Source: Octopus bimaculoides (Eukaryota). Taken from it: a DNA stretch of 64,000 nucleotides. Shown in pieces: positions 13,272-24,350 of this stretch. Position 1 is the first letter of the stretch. Every line of letters begins with the position of its first letter. Location: positions 27,042,997-27,106,996 of the forward strand of contig NC_068987.1 of the NCBI RefSeq assembly GCF_001194135.2, in the 5' to 3' direction. The notes beneath the pieces are model-generated. The model ran no database searches. It was not told where the DNA came from and saw only the letters and a program-made list of their open reading frames with translations. The position numbers and the translations under genes are program-made.

Positions 13272-14230
13272 NCACTTAGGAGAATCTCTGTCATGCTCAA
13301 CTGTTTCATGTGGGTGCTCTGTTCTCCAAATACGCACATCGTGTCGATTGACTGTGCCGCTCATGTGAAAAGTCCCTCCATCACTAAAAATTAAACGTGA
13401 AATGAATGTTTCGCCTTCCATCATCTCCAGCATCCATTCACAAAGTTTCATCTGCTTCCCCTTGTCGTCATTGGTAAGTGCCTGAACGAGGTCTCAAATG
13501 TAGACGTCTTCTTATTTCTTTATTGACCACAAGGGGCTACACACAGAGGGGACAAACAAGGACAGACAAACGGATTAAGTCGATTACATCGACCCCAGTG
13601 CGTAACTGGTACTTATTAAATCGACCTCGATAGGATCAAAGGCTAAGTCGATCTCGGCGGAATTTGAACTCAGAACGTAACAGCAGACGAAATGCCGCTA
13701 AGCATTTTGCCCGTTGTGCTAACGTTTCTGCCAGCTCACCGCCTTCTTAGCACAGTGTCTTCTTAGCACACGCCAGATAGTGAATAGAGGGATTGCAAGC
13801 TCACGGCTTGCTCAATTTCTGGACTTCCGCGGCTTCTCTCAAACGCGGCACGGATTCTTGTCACTTGTTTCCCCAAAACTCGTGGTCATCCTGGACTTTC
13901 ACCGTTACACAGACACCCACTCTCTTAAAACTATTGAAACCATCGTCGAATTTTCTTTGGAGAGGCTGGATTAATGTCGAATCGCCTTCGAAAAACACGC
14001 TTCACCATGAGAACCAAACTTGTTTTCGCGAACTCCACAACGCAGAACACCTTTTTCTGAAGACTCCCCATTCTGAGTGTAAACTGACAACTGAAAGTTG
14101 CCGAAAGAACGACGCGAGTATCCATTCAAAACTTAGAAAACTTAGTTCAGCCCGTCTTATATCATTTTGAACATGTGTTTCGTCCCTTGTGAAATTGCCA
14201 ATACATTATCAGACTATTTGTGGGGGTATT
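13272..14230 (-). mobile_element. Decayed Tc1/mariner-superfamily transposon (DD41D rosa/visitor-like), interrupted by a SINE and running into a gap
   Basis: N-terminus MGSLQKKVFCVVEFAKT..VKRVFRRRFDINPASPKKIRRWFQ (ATG about 14072), then WRVLRRRLHLRP, then IFSDGGTFHMSGTVNRHDVRIWRTEHPHETVEHDRDSPK. Confidence 0.85.
13510..13746 (-). mobile_element. Full-length Meta-domain-type SINE nested in the transposase CDS
   Basis: Near-consensus copy; target duplication (t)AAGAAG at both ends. Confidence 0.92.
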
Positions 14231-14456
14231 ATGATCAGCGAAAACTGTTATGTTTCCTATAATTGTTGCACTCCAGCTTGACTTTTGTCCACATACGGAA
14301 ATCTGTAAAAAAAAGAATCAAGGAATGGAACAATACCTAGTCTGTGGTACTATGATAACCACTCTGTGATACCTTTCGTAAGGTCAATAAAACAATTTCT
14401 TCCTTACTGGATACATCCGTGCATTTCATTCTTTGTAATATTTAAATTCGGAATAA

Positions 14457-14650
14457 GATGGCGGGCTGGCAGAATTTTTAGCACGCCAGGCAAAATTCTT
14501 TGCAACATTTTGTACATTTTTACGTTCTGAGTTCATCCTTTCATCGTTTCAGGGTCGGTAATTTAAATACCAGTCGAGCATTGGGAACGAAGTAATTGAC
14601 TTATCCCATCCCTTGTATTTGCTAGCCGTGTGCCAAAACTTCAAACTAAT
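14457..14650 (+). mobile_element. Meta-domain-type SINE with internal deletion
   Basis: Head gcgggctggcagaatttttagcacgcc; B-box/core region shortened. Confidence 0.8.
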
Positions 14651-15418
14651 ATTCAAATTCCGAATTCCTTTCATTTTTTCTTTCCATAGCGCCTGCATCA
14701 TCTGTGAAAAATGTGCCCAAATACCTTTTTATTTCTTGCAAATAATTGAGAACATAATTGAATATAATGACAATTATGATTGAAGTTGTTGAGGTTCAAC
14801 TTATATTCACCGATAAAAAACAAAACAAAAAAAAACTAAAGTCATTTAATACTGCATCCTTTGAGATGTAGCAATCCCTTCTATCTGCCGTTACCAGCAG
14901 GGAGCGTTGGCATATTTCTATGTGGCTTAACAATATTAAATCACAATAGGTTGCTAATTAACTCCACGGAGACAAAGATAATGTCGAATACTTAAGTATT
15001 CCAGACAGAATGTCAATACATGCAACAGTATTTATTATATATAATCACTGTAATAGCAATTACTAGATATTATATCAATGTTAACAGGATAAAAAAAATC
15101 TATATGAAAATAAACACATTTCTCTTACTCATTAAATAACGGCGGAGATTTTGTTTGTATTCAGAGATGTATAGTCAATTGTTGGAGGAAAATGTATACT
15201 GTGCCTGATCACTGAGAATAAACAACTTTAGATTTAGTGGCTAGCCGTTTTTTCATAGAAAATAATTGAAGCACATCCTGACGCTGTATAAAAGAAACAA
15301 ACTTTTTTAACGGGATGCTGAAATCATTTCATCGTAGGAGATATACCTGGAAAGTGTAAATATTCCTCAGGGATGAATCAATAAATTGATATGAATGTTC
15401 ATTAAATCATATTCATAG

Positions 15419-15521
15419 AAAGAAATCTATAGATCCTCTCATACATTGGATATTCCGTTCGATTCTTCGCTAATGAATGCCTATTTTGCTAATGAGTACT
15501 TACTGAGATACATTCACGACA
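15419..15521 (+). CDS. Candidate exon 4 (KEIYRSSHTLDIPFDSSLMNAYFANEYLLRYIHD)
   Basis: attcatAG acceptor, weak donor GTGATT, 103 nt, phase 0 to 1. Confidence 0.25.
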
Positions 15522-15609
15522 GTGATTTGTTAAATAGATGAACATATTCACAAAAAATGAACTATCAGGACACAATGAACTGTCTCTAAGGAATAAAGTT
15601 AGAGGAATA

Positions 15610-16080
<471 letters not shown>

Positions 16081-16437
16081 AATCGGTTTCCAAGGCCGTT
16101 AGCTATCTCAAAGCAGGAATATTGCTGATGTGATCTTGTAAAAACCATTAAGAGACGAAATGGAGAAATTGTGGAATATTCACTTTGAAATTGGTAAAGT
16201 AAACCGTTTGTCTTCTTTACAAACGAAAACGTAACATATGCCTATGTACTAGATATTCTTGATTCTTAATAAATAACAAGCCATAGTGTATTCTCAACAC
16301 ATCTCGATAAAACAATAAATATAAGACACAAGAGAGTAAATTGAATCTTTTCACGTGAGTCGCCTCATATCGCTCGTAAACAACTAAATGTCAGCATATA
16401 TTTTCAAGACATTTATAATATTTCCGATTCGCTGCTT

Positions 16438-16498
16438 TAGTGCGATAGACGCTACCATTTGAAATGGTATCTCATATGGTAGCGTCTATCGTTCATTA
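16438..16498. other. Short near-perfect hairpin (16-bp perfect core CGATAGACGCTACCAT / ATGGTAGCGTCTATCG)
   Basis: Direct complementarity; stem extendable to about 28 bp with mismatches. Confidence 0.8.
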
Positions 16499-16593
16499 AA
16501 ATATTATGATGCGAGCTTAGACTTCTGAATGAAAGATCTTGCCTATTTAGTATATCTATCTATCTACCTATTTTCTATCGACTTGTGTGTGGG

Positions 16594-16624
<31 letters not shown>

Positions 16625-16647
16625 TCATGAAATTTTACTTTTACAAG

Positions 16648-16795
16648 GAAGAGCGTACTGGACGGATAAATCACTATGTGTATACTTTTATCAAGACATG
16701 AAACTTCCTCAATCTTTGCACTATCGTTTACTGAATGAATTGCAGCTGGAAAGTAGCATGACAATATATAAGCAGCAACATTTAGAAACATTAAA
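16648..16795 (+). CDS. Candidate exon 5 (RAYWTDKSLCVYFYQDMKLPQSLHYRLLNELQLESSMTIYKQQHLETL)
   Basis: Strong acceptor ttttacttttacaAG, strong donor GTATGC, 148 nt open, phase 1 to 2. Confidence 0.4.
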
Positions 16796-17266
16796 GTATG
16801 CTTAGGTATCGAGATTAAATTGGTCATCGATAAACCGTGACATAATTGGCGTCCATTTATATATTGGTTGGGACAGACTGGAGATGTTGATTCGTAGTAG
16901 CTCCTAAGATCACTCTGAGGATTTTGAGAAAACTTTCCTTTCGTATATATCTATTAAGTGGAGACATCGCGTATGTTATTGCTCAGAGGTTAGTTGAAAT
17001 TCCTTTCGTGATTCTGTTTGAGGTGCTTTCGGATTTGGTAATTCTGAGAAAATATCACTGTAGGGCGTGAAGGTATTACTGCATGCAATGTGGACTACTG
17101 TATGATATCTGCCAAAAACCAGATACAAATATTGAGTTTTTTTCTTAGCGGTTCTTTTGCTAAGACTATTGGCCTAGTTGAAAAGTAGTTTTTGAATTGC
17201 ACAAAAGATAACTATTGTAGTGCATTTCATTATAGTGGTGGTTACAATAGTCAGTGATTTATGTAC

Positions 17267-17432
17267 TGTTGTGTCGACTCCCCCAGGCGAAGAAGTAGAA
17301 TCTCCCAAGACATATAAATAGAGGTAGTCTGGCCGTGCTAGGAGTGTTGAGTAGCAGTCGAGTAGCAGTTGTGTAGCGGTTGAGTAGAGACAATCCGAAG
17401 GTGCTAGATAGCAGTAGTATTGAGACATAACA
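17267..17432 (+). mobile_element. Short solo LTR (166 bp)
   Basis: TG...CA ends, terminal inverted repeat TGTTGTGTC/GACATAACA (8/9), internal TATAAATAG, near-TSD tgtac/tgtaa. Confidence 0.55.
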
Positions 17433-17753
17433 TGTAACATGCATAAAAAGTGGAAGAGTGATTAGTTAGCAATCATTTTTACTTTAAGTGAACTTCCTTT
17501 TTAAAGTAAAATGCGTGATATTTTGCTCATCAGAAGAAGCAGCAAAAATACTACATACTTAGCATACGTATTGTTAGTATCTTAAGTTTATTGATTATTT
17601 ATGTATGTGCTTGTTGAGGAATGGACCTAGTTAGGTCGATTTTTGTAACATTTAAAATGTAACTTCAAAATAACTATTTCATTGACACGTCACGGGACCA
17701 ACATGACTGGCGAAAAATCATAACACATGAACAAATGTAATTTCACTTCATAG

Positions 17754-17835
17754 ATTTCGAAATCAGAATACAATGTTGGAAAACTACCGGCTTGATCGGT
17801 TAGTCAATAGTGCTGAACTCAATAAAAAGCAATAA
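17754..17835 (+). CDS. Candidate terminal exon (FRNQNTMLENYRLDRLVNSAELNKKQ*)
   Basis: Acceptor atttcacttcatAG; phase 2 matches exon 16648-16795; stop TAA overlaps an AATAAA. Confidence 0.3.
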
Positions 17836-17978
17836 ATATATTTGGAGGGTGAATTATTGAAATTACAATTTTTGATATAAATCTATCGTAATATACATGT
17901 AAACAAGAACATAACAAAATCATAAACTTCATTGGACTTTTGAAGAAAAATTGTCATAAAAATATTTTACCAATAAAT

Positions 17979-17992
17979 GTTTCCATGGCAAC
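17979..17992. promoter_or_regulatory. RFX X-box GTTTCCATGGCAAC
   Basis: Matches consensus GTNRCC(N0-3)RGYAAC / GTTKCCATGGMAAC; CCAAT 10 bp upstream; not inside a recognisable repeat. Confidence 0.45.
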
Positions 17993-18127
17993 ACGACCGA
18001 TAGAGTTTTGAAAACATTTTCTAATTCTTACATTTATTGGTAGTTAAATTACTGCGTTCAACATCTTAAATTTTGGAGATTTACACCAAGTGAAGTAGAC
18101 AGAAATAAATTTATGCGAATTGGGCAG

Positions 18128-18147
18128 ATATCATCATCATCATCATC

Positions 18148-18218
<71 letters not shown>

Positions 18219-19724
18219 CATCATGATCATCATCATCATCATCATCACCATCATCATCGTCGTCGTCATCACCATCATCATTATCATTATGTTCATTATC
18301 GAGACAATCATCATAATATCCAGTCTTCTTCGTCGTCAACGTCATCATCCTGCGTTGTTGTCATCGTTATGGTCACTGCCGTCACCATCAATTCTAACTT
18401 TATCGCCTTCGTAACTGTAGATGTCATCGTGAAAATCATTTCTAGAATCATCATCATCATCATCATCATAACTATCATCATGATTATTATCAGCATCAAA
18501 ATAATCAATAAGGTCTTCTTCCTTGCTATCATAAATTTCGTCGTCGACTTCACTATTATAATGATCACCAATAGGACTATCATAACGGGGATCATAATCT
18601 TGAGAAGCACCACAAAAGAAGCATCGTAACATTACACCTACGTCATATTTTATAATCTCAGTAATCGAACAGATATTTATGATCACTATCATTGTCATCG
18701 TCGTCGTCGTTGTCATCGTCATCGCCGTCATCATCATCATCATCATCATCATCTTCCTCCTCCTCCACCTCTTCCGCGTCCTCCACCTCTTCCTCGTCCT
18801 CCACCTCTTCCTCATCTTCCTCCACCTCTTCCTCCTCCTCCACCCGTTCCTCCTCCACCTCCTCCTCCTCCACCTCTTCCTCCTCCTCCACCTCTTCCTC
18901 CTCCTCCACCTCTTCCTCCTCCACTTCTTCCTCCTCCACCTCNNNNNNNNNNNNNNNNNNNNNNNNNNNNNNNNNNNNNNNNNNNNNNNNNNNNNNNNNN
19001 NNNNNNNNNNNNNNNNNNNNNNNNNNNNNNNNNNNNNNNNNNNNNNNNNNNNNNNNNNNNNNNNNNNNNNNNNNNNNNNNNNNNNNNNNNNNNNNNNNNN
19101 NNNNNNNNNNNNNNNNNNNNNNNNNNNNNNNNNNNNNNNNNNNNNNNNNNNNNNNNNNNNNNNNNNNNNNNNNNNNNNNNNNNNNNNCCTCATCATCATC
19201 ATCGTCACCACCATCATTGTCTCTAGGTTCATAAAACGATCATAATCCTTATTTTCATCGTGACCAGCCTGGTGATTATAATCATAATATTAATACTTCA
19301 ACTAACAACAACATCAAAAATAACGATGGTGATAAGCATGACTATGATGGTGATGATGATGAGGAAGTGGAGGAAAGGGTGTTGGTGGTGGTGGTGGGCT
19401 TGGTTTTAGTGAGGAAGATGATGAGGAGGGGTGGACAAGGAAGCATTGGATAAGGGAGTAGAGAAGGAAGAGGGCTACAATGGCGATGATAATGATGGAA
19501 ACGATCATCATCATTAACGCAATCGGTTGCAGCGCGATGGCGACCATCGTCATCACTAACCCACAATTATTTCCATCACCATCATAATTGGTAAGTTTAA
19601 TGGCGGTGATTATTTTAACAGTATAATCATAATTATGACGAAGGTGAAGCTGCTGATGCTGCCGAAGTTGCTGCCGATGACGATGACGTGACGACGACGA
19701 CGACGACGACAACGACGATGATGG

Positions 19725-19765
<41 letters not shown>

Positions 19766-20010
19766 GTGGTGGTAGTGGTGGTGCTGCTGCTGCTGACGAT
19801 GATGATCATAATGCTGATAATGAAGACGATGATGATGATGATGACGACGACGACGATTATGATTATGATTATCCTATCATCATATTGTTGCTTACAGTCA
19901 TCGTCATGAAAGGGAGCACTGCCGTTATTGCGCGCCATACTTTTAATATTACCATTAATATTGTTGTTTATGCTGTTAACATCAGTGATCATATAAATTG
20001 ATATTGTTGT
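18128..20010. repeat. Trinucleotide low-complexity block: (CAT)n, (AAT)n, (CGT)n, (TCC)-based 15-18 bp minisatellite, then (GAT)n/(GAC)n/(GGT)n
   Basis: Direct inspection; includes an N-gap at 18943-19188. Confidence 0.95.
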
Positions 20011-20319
20011 ATTTAATATCGGCATCGCTATGTTATATCTTCTGTCCATACTCAACTTTCATACTTATCTAATATATACTTTATTTTTATGGCAATGTTT
20101 CTTCGAGTCACATGTTTGTGTGAGTATATGTCTCGTTTGTGTTTGCGCGTGTTTTTGTTCTTCTGGCATTGTATATAGAGTTATATTTACACACACAGAC
20201 ACACAAACACACACACACACATCTACACGAATACACGATAACATACACAGTTACATAAGATGACACACAATACCATTTAGACTGTGATAAATCACTCAAT
20301 AAAAAACACATATGTATGA

Positions 20320-20356
<37 letters not shown>

Positions 20357-22142
20357 TATATGTGTGTGTGTGTGTGTTTATGAATACATACGCACACACG
20401 CCCGAGCGTACACAAGCACCCCACCCACACACACACATATATATATATATAACCATATATGGCCGGGAAATTAAAAGAAAGGAAGACATAGAAGTTAATC
20501 AAAGAAAACGTAAAGATGGTTATATACTTAGAAACCCGGATGATACAGTTTAATGCTGCAAAGATAATTCGAACATTTAGATATTCAACTCTCCCACAAT
20601 CTAAGAGCAAAATCAGAAATCCTGGTTTTAATCTCTCCGTTGACAGAAAAAAAGTACAATTCAACTAACCATTTCCTGTTTAGTAGTAACAGAATAACCA
20701 TCCTTTTATTAGCTTAGAGCAATCTATTGTGTGCACCAAATGACACTCAGCTAAACATGTTAGTCTAATCTGAATAATGACAGTGCTGTAATCGATCCTG
20801 CTGATGATCAATTTATGATAATGACGATGATGATTATCTCATGATCAAATTGTTACCGTATCCATTTTTATTCTGGGTGATACAGTTGCCATTAATATTA
20901 TTCTTCACTTTGTTGATATCAGTGATCATACAAACTGAATTTGTTTACAAATATATTACTATGTAATACCTATACACAAACAGCATTCACTCTCACATAA
21001 CACATATTATATTTCCACAGCGATTTTTCCTATTGTCAAATATGCGTGTGCCTGTTTATGATCATACTTTGAGAGTTTGCTTTAAATAATTAAGTAATTA
21101 TTCCATATTAATTAATTCATCATGAATTACAGCGTTTTAGATGGGCAATGTAATGTATATTTCTATTTCTATTGATAAACGTGGGACGAATTTGTCTAGT
21201 TTTAAGTCATGCAACACACTTATCGTGGAAAGAAACTAATCTCGTTTGTTTGCTTTTTCTGTCAACGAAGAAACAGTCTATTGTTACTACGTTGTGAAGT
21301 CTTCACAGCAAAGCTAAAGCAACATCATATTGTGAATTGTTCTTATACTTCCGTTTTAGTTTGCGTAGTTTTAGCAATGTGGGTTTTTGTGATTTCAAAC
21401 GATTCGAGCAACAACGTAAAATTTCATTCGTTGACTTGTATTAATGTTGCGGTTTGAATCTTTTATGGCATTCAATAAAAATGTCATTACGTTGTCCAGA
21501 CATCCAGAAAGGTATCACCAAACATTAATCTTGATATATTTTGTATTTCATAATCATAAACAACTATTTAATTTCACATTTTTTTTTACTGTCGCTAGAT
21601 ATCATATTCTCATTCGACTGAATGCCTACGTTAAATCTTTAATTAATTTGGATTTCATGGTTGTTTTTCTTTACCAGAGTTAATCACTGAAATTAATGAC
21701 ATTCCTCATTTTCAAAACGGGCGTAATTTTAATGAATTAAACATCTTTCTCAGCTCACTACATTAAAGATTGTCGCAAGCAATTTTTATTCTTTATCTTC
21801 AAGTAGATAAGACGTCATAATGGCATATGAGACATTAATATTTCACCGTTCCAGCTGTGTGTTTATTACTAAAACACTTTATATATTTTGTCTAATTTAT
21901 TCTAATAACCGAAAAAAGATTTATTATAATTATAGAGCTTGTTGTCTTAAGAGACATGCTCATTGCATATAATACAAATTCTTAAAATATAATTTGTACG
22001 TAAGTAGATCATGTTTAAATATTCAAGTAAGAATAGAAATATCAACAAGGAACAACTGGATTATACTGCTTCCACGTATTCAAGTGACCTTGATATACGA
22101 AAACAATTTGTGGCGTAAGAGATTGCTTCTTCACCGTAAATA

Positions 22143-23613
22143 CACTCAACCGCAAAAGAGACGCGATTTTTTCAAATGTCATTTTTATATGGTTAATTCT
22201 GAAAATTTATTTCGGGGATGTAAGTGTAAATATTCCAAGAGATGCTGTTTTATGGCAGGTAACCATTGAGCTTTCCCTGAGACGAGAGGCCAAAACGCAG
22301 CTGCGTTGTATGCCGTGGATGATACTCGCAAACAGTTGTCATGAAATCCGAAATGCACGTGCATCTCGTGGAGGTTATGGTTATAAAAATCGACTTGAAG
22401 CTGGCATTCGTAATTTGGACACATCAGGTATGATTCGTTGGTCAGAAACGCAGAGAGAACAAGCTGTCGGACGATTTAAAGCAGGGCAGCGTACTCTGCT
22501 TGTTGCGAAAGGTGACAATATCCGTGTCAGCACCGTCTATCGCCTGCAACAGCGATACAACAACACCAGCAACTACAGACCGTGCCTGCAGAGGACACCC
22601 CCGTGTGACCACGCCCAGGCAGGACCACTTAATTCACCTGCAACCCCTCCATGATCGCTTCAGACCGGCCAGCATGACAGCTCGCGAGACCATTGGCACG
22701 GGGCACTGGCCCATAGGCGACGACTCGGTACGACGCCGACTGGCCGCCAACAATCTGCGTTGCCGTCGTCTTTCTCGAAGGCCTGTCCTCACAGCCTGCC
22801 ACCGTCAGGAACGACTACAGTGGGCTACACAGCACCAGTATTGGCGGCAGCAACAATGAATGTCGACAGTCATCTCTGACGAGAGCCGCTACTGCGTTTC
22901 CACCTCAGATGGCAGTTAGGGTGTGACGTAGGAGAGGGTTAACGCTACAGAGACGCATATCTCATGGAAAGAGACGCATGTGGTGCCCAAAGCATCAAGG
23001 TTTGGGGTACTATAGACCTTAATCAGAGAACTGGGCCCAATGTGTTCTAAAATGTTGGTTCAGACAAAGGGAATGGCATCACAGCGCAGCACTACGTTGA
23101 CCAGATCCGAATACTTCAAATAGTGCTATTCTTCGCGCGTCACCATAGCCATGTGTTCTAGTAGGACAATACTCCCTCCCACACGGCCAAGGTCACCATG
23201 GACTTCCTACATCAGCACAACATCAGAACCATGCCGTGGCTGGCTCTCTGCCCGGAAAAGGCTGAACCAGTTGGTCTCAAGGCTGATAACTCGTGTGGAA
23301 CTGGAGGCAGCTTTTCCCCGGGTTTGGGAACAGGTGCCAATGGCGTTGGTGAACCGCTTCAGGCACTCCATGTACCGACGATGTATCGTCGTTTTGAACA
23401 CTCAGAGTGAGTATACACGGTATTGAAAATGCCACGCCATGTAATCCGGAGGTGCTGGATCCGCCCACTACCATAACACTTGACAACGACCAATAGACTG
23501 TAGTCAAAGTGCTTCGAAAGAATTTACTTTATCAGATTTATCAAAATTTATCTTTAACATAATGAAATTAAAGCATATTTCACAGTCACATACGTTTCTT
23601 CTGCGGTTCAGAA
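22143..23613 (+). mobile_element. Full-length but decayed Tc1 (DD34E-type) DNA transposon
   Basis: TA-flanked TIRs CACTCAACCGCAAAAGAGACG (22143) and CGTTTCTTCTGCGGTTCAGAA (ends 23613). Frameshifted transposase 22430-23426: GHPRVTTPRQD, DSVRRRL, ISDESRYC, DNTPSH, WLALCP, RRCIVVLNTQSEYTRY. Confidence 0.92.
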
Positions 23614-24144
23614 TATGTCTAGTTTTCAACAGTAGTGTGCAATAGTTTCTATTATTTGTTGATGCTTAAGTGCAGTAGATGTGCAGTAGATGCGCCTAAC
23701 GCAGAGGGGCGCCGTCTAAATGAGTAATAACATTTAGTTTTGGTTTTCATCCTATTAAGGGATATGTACTTAAAAGTATTGAGATACATTGTTTATGACT
23801 TTCATATTAACTTATATTCCTTATTCGGTGCTACAACTGTTGCGATTTGTTATGGATTTAGTTCGTCCAACGTATCCATTCGATATGGAAGAAATGCTCC
23901 ATGTATTCGATGAGAAAGAACTTCAAACACCGTGATTTCTCACCGGTTTGTTTATCCATAAACAACAACCTTCTTTTGCAGCTAATATTTCAATGTAATA
24001 CTTCAAATGCTATGTACATTCCTCCATCACATACTTAGCCAGGGTTAACTTTGTCTATTGATTTGATTTTTGGGGTGTATTTTCTTTTGGGTCTTTTTCT
24101 CTTATCAGTCCGCCTTGAAATATTTAATTTCAATATTGGTTTCA

Positions 24145-24350
24145 AAATTTTAACACAAGGCCAGTAAGTTCAGGGAACTGGCAGGTGGATTACATCAACC
24201 CCAGTGTTCAAATGGTACTTATCTTATCAACCCCGAAATAATAAAAGGCGAAGTGGACCTTGGTGGAATTTAAAATCAGACTGAAAAGACGGATGAAATG
24301 CCGCGAAACATTTTGTCCAGCGTGCTAACGATTTTATCAGCTCACCGTCC
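24145..24350 (-). mobile_element. Meta-domain-type SINE
   Basis: Reverse complement of family consensus. Confidence 0.85.

Noticed and set aside
12179-13451. 300-419 aa ORFs in the track (also 6829-7473, 34174-34731, 59733-60451, 62931-63442)
   Set aside because: They are open only because they run through N-gaps. The single real coding piece is the transposase fragment already listed.
18058-20055. Poly-E/D/S/H/I ORFs suggesting an acidic or His-rich protein
   Set aside because: Trinucleotide repeats are open in several frames on both strands; there is no unique domain or splice context.
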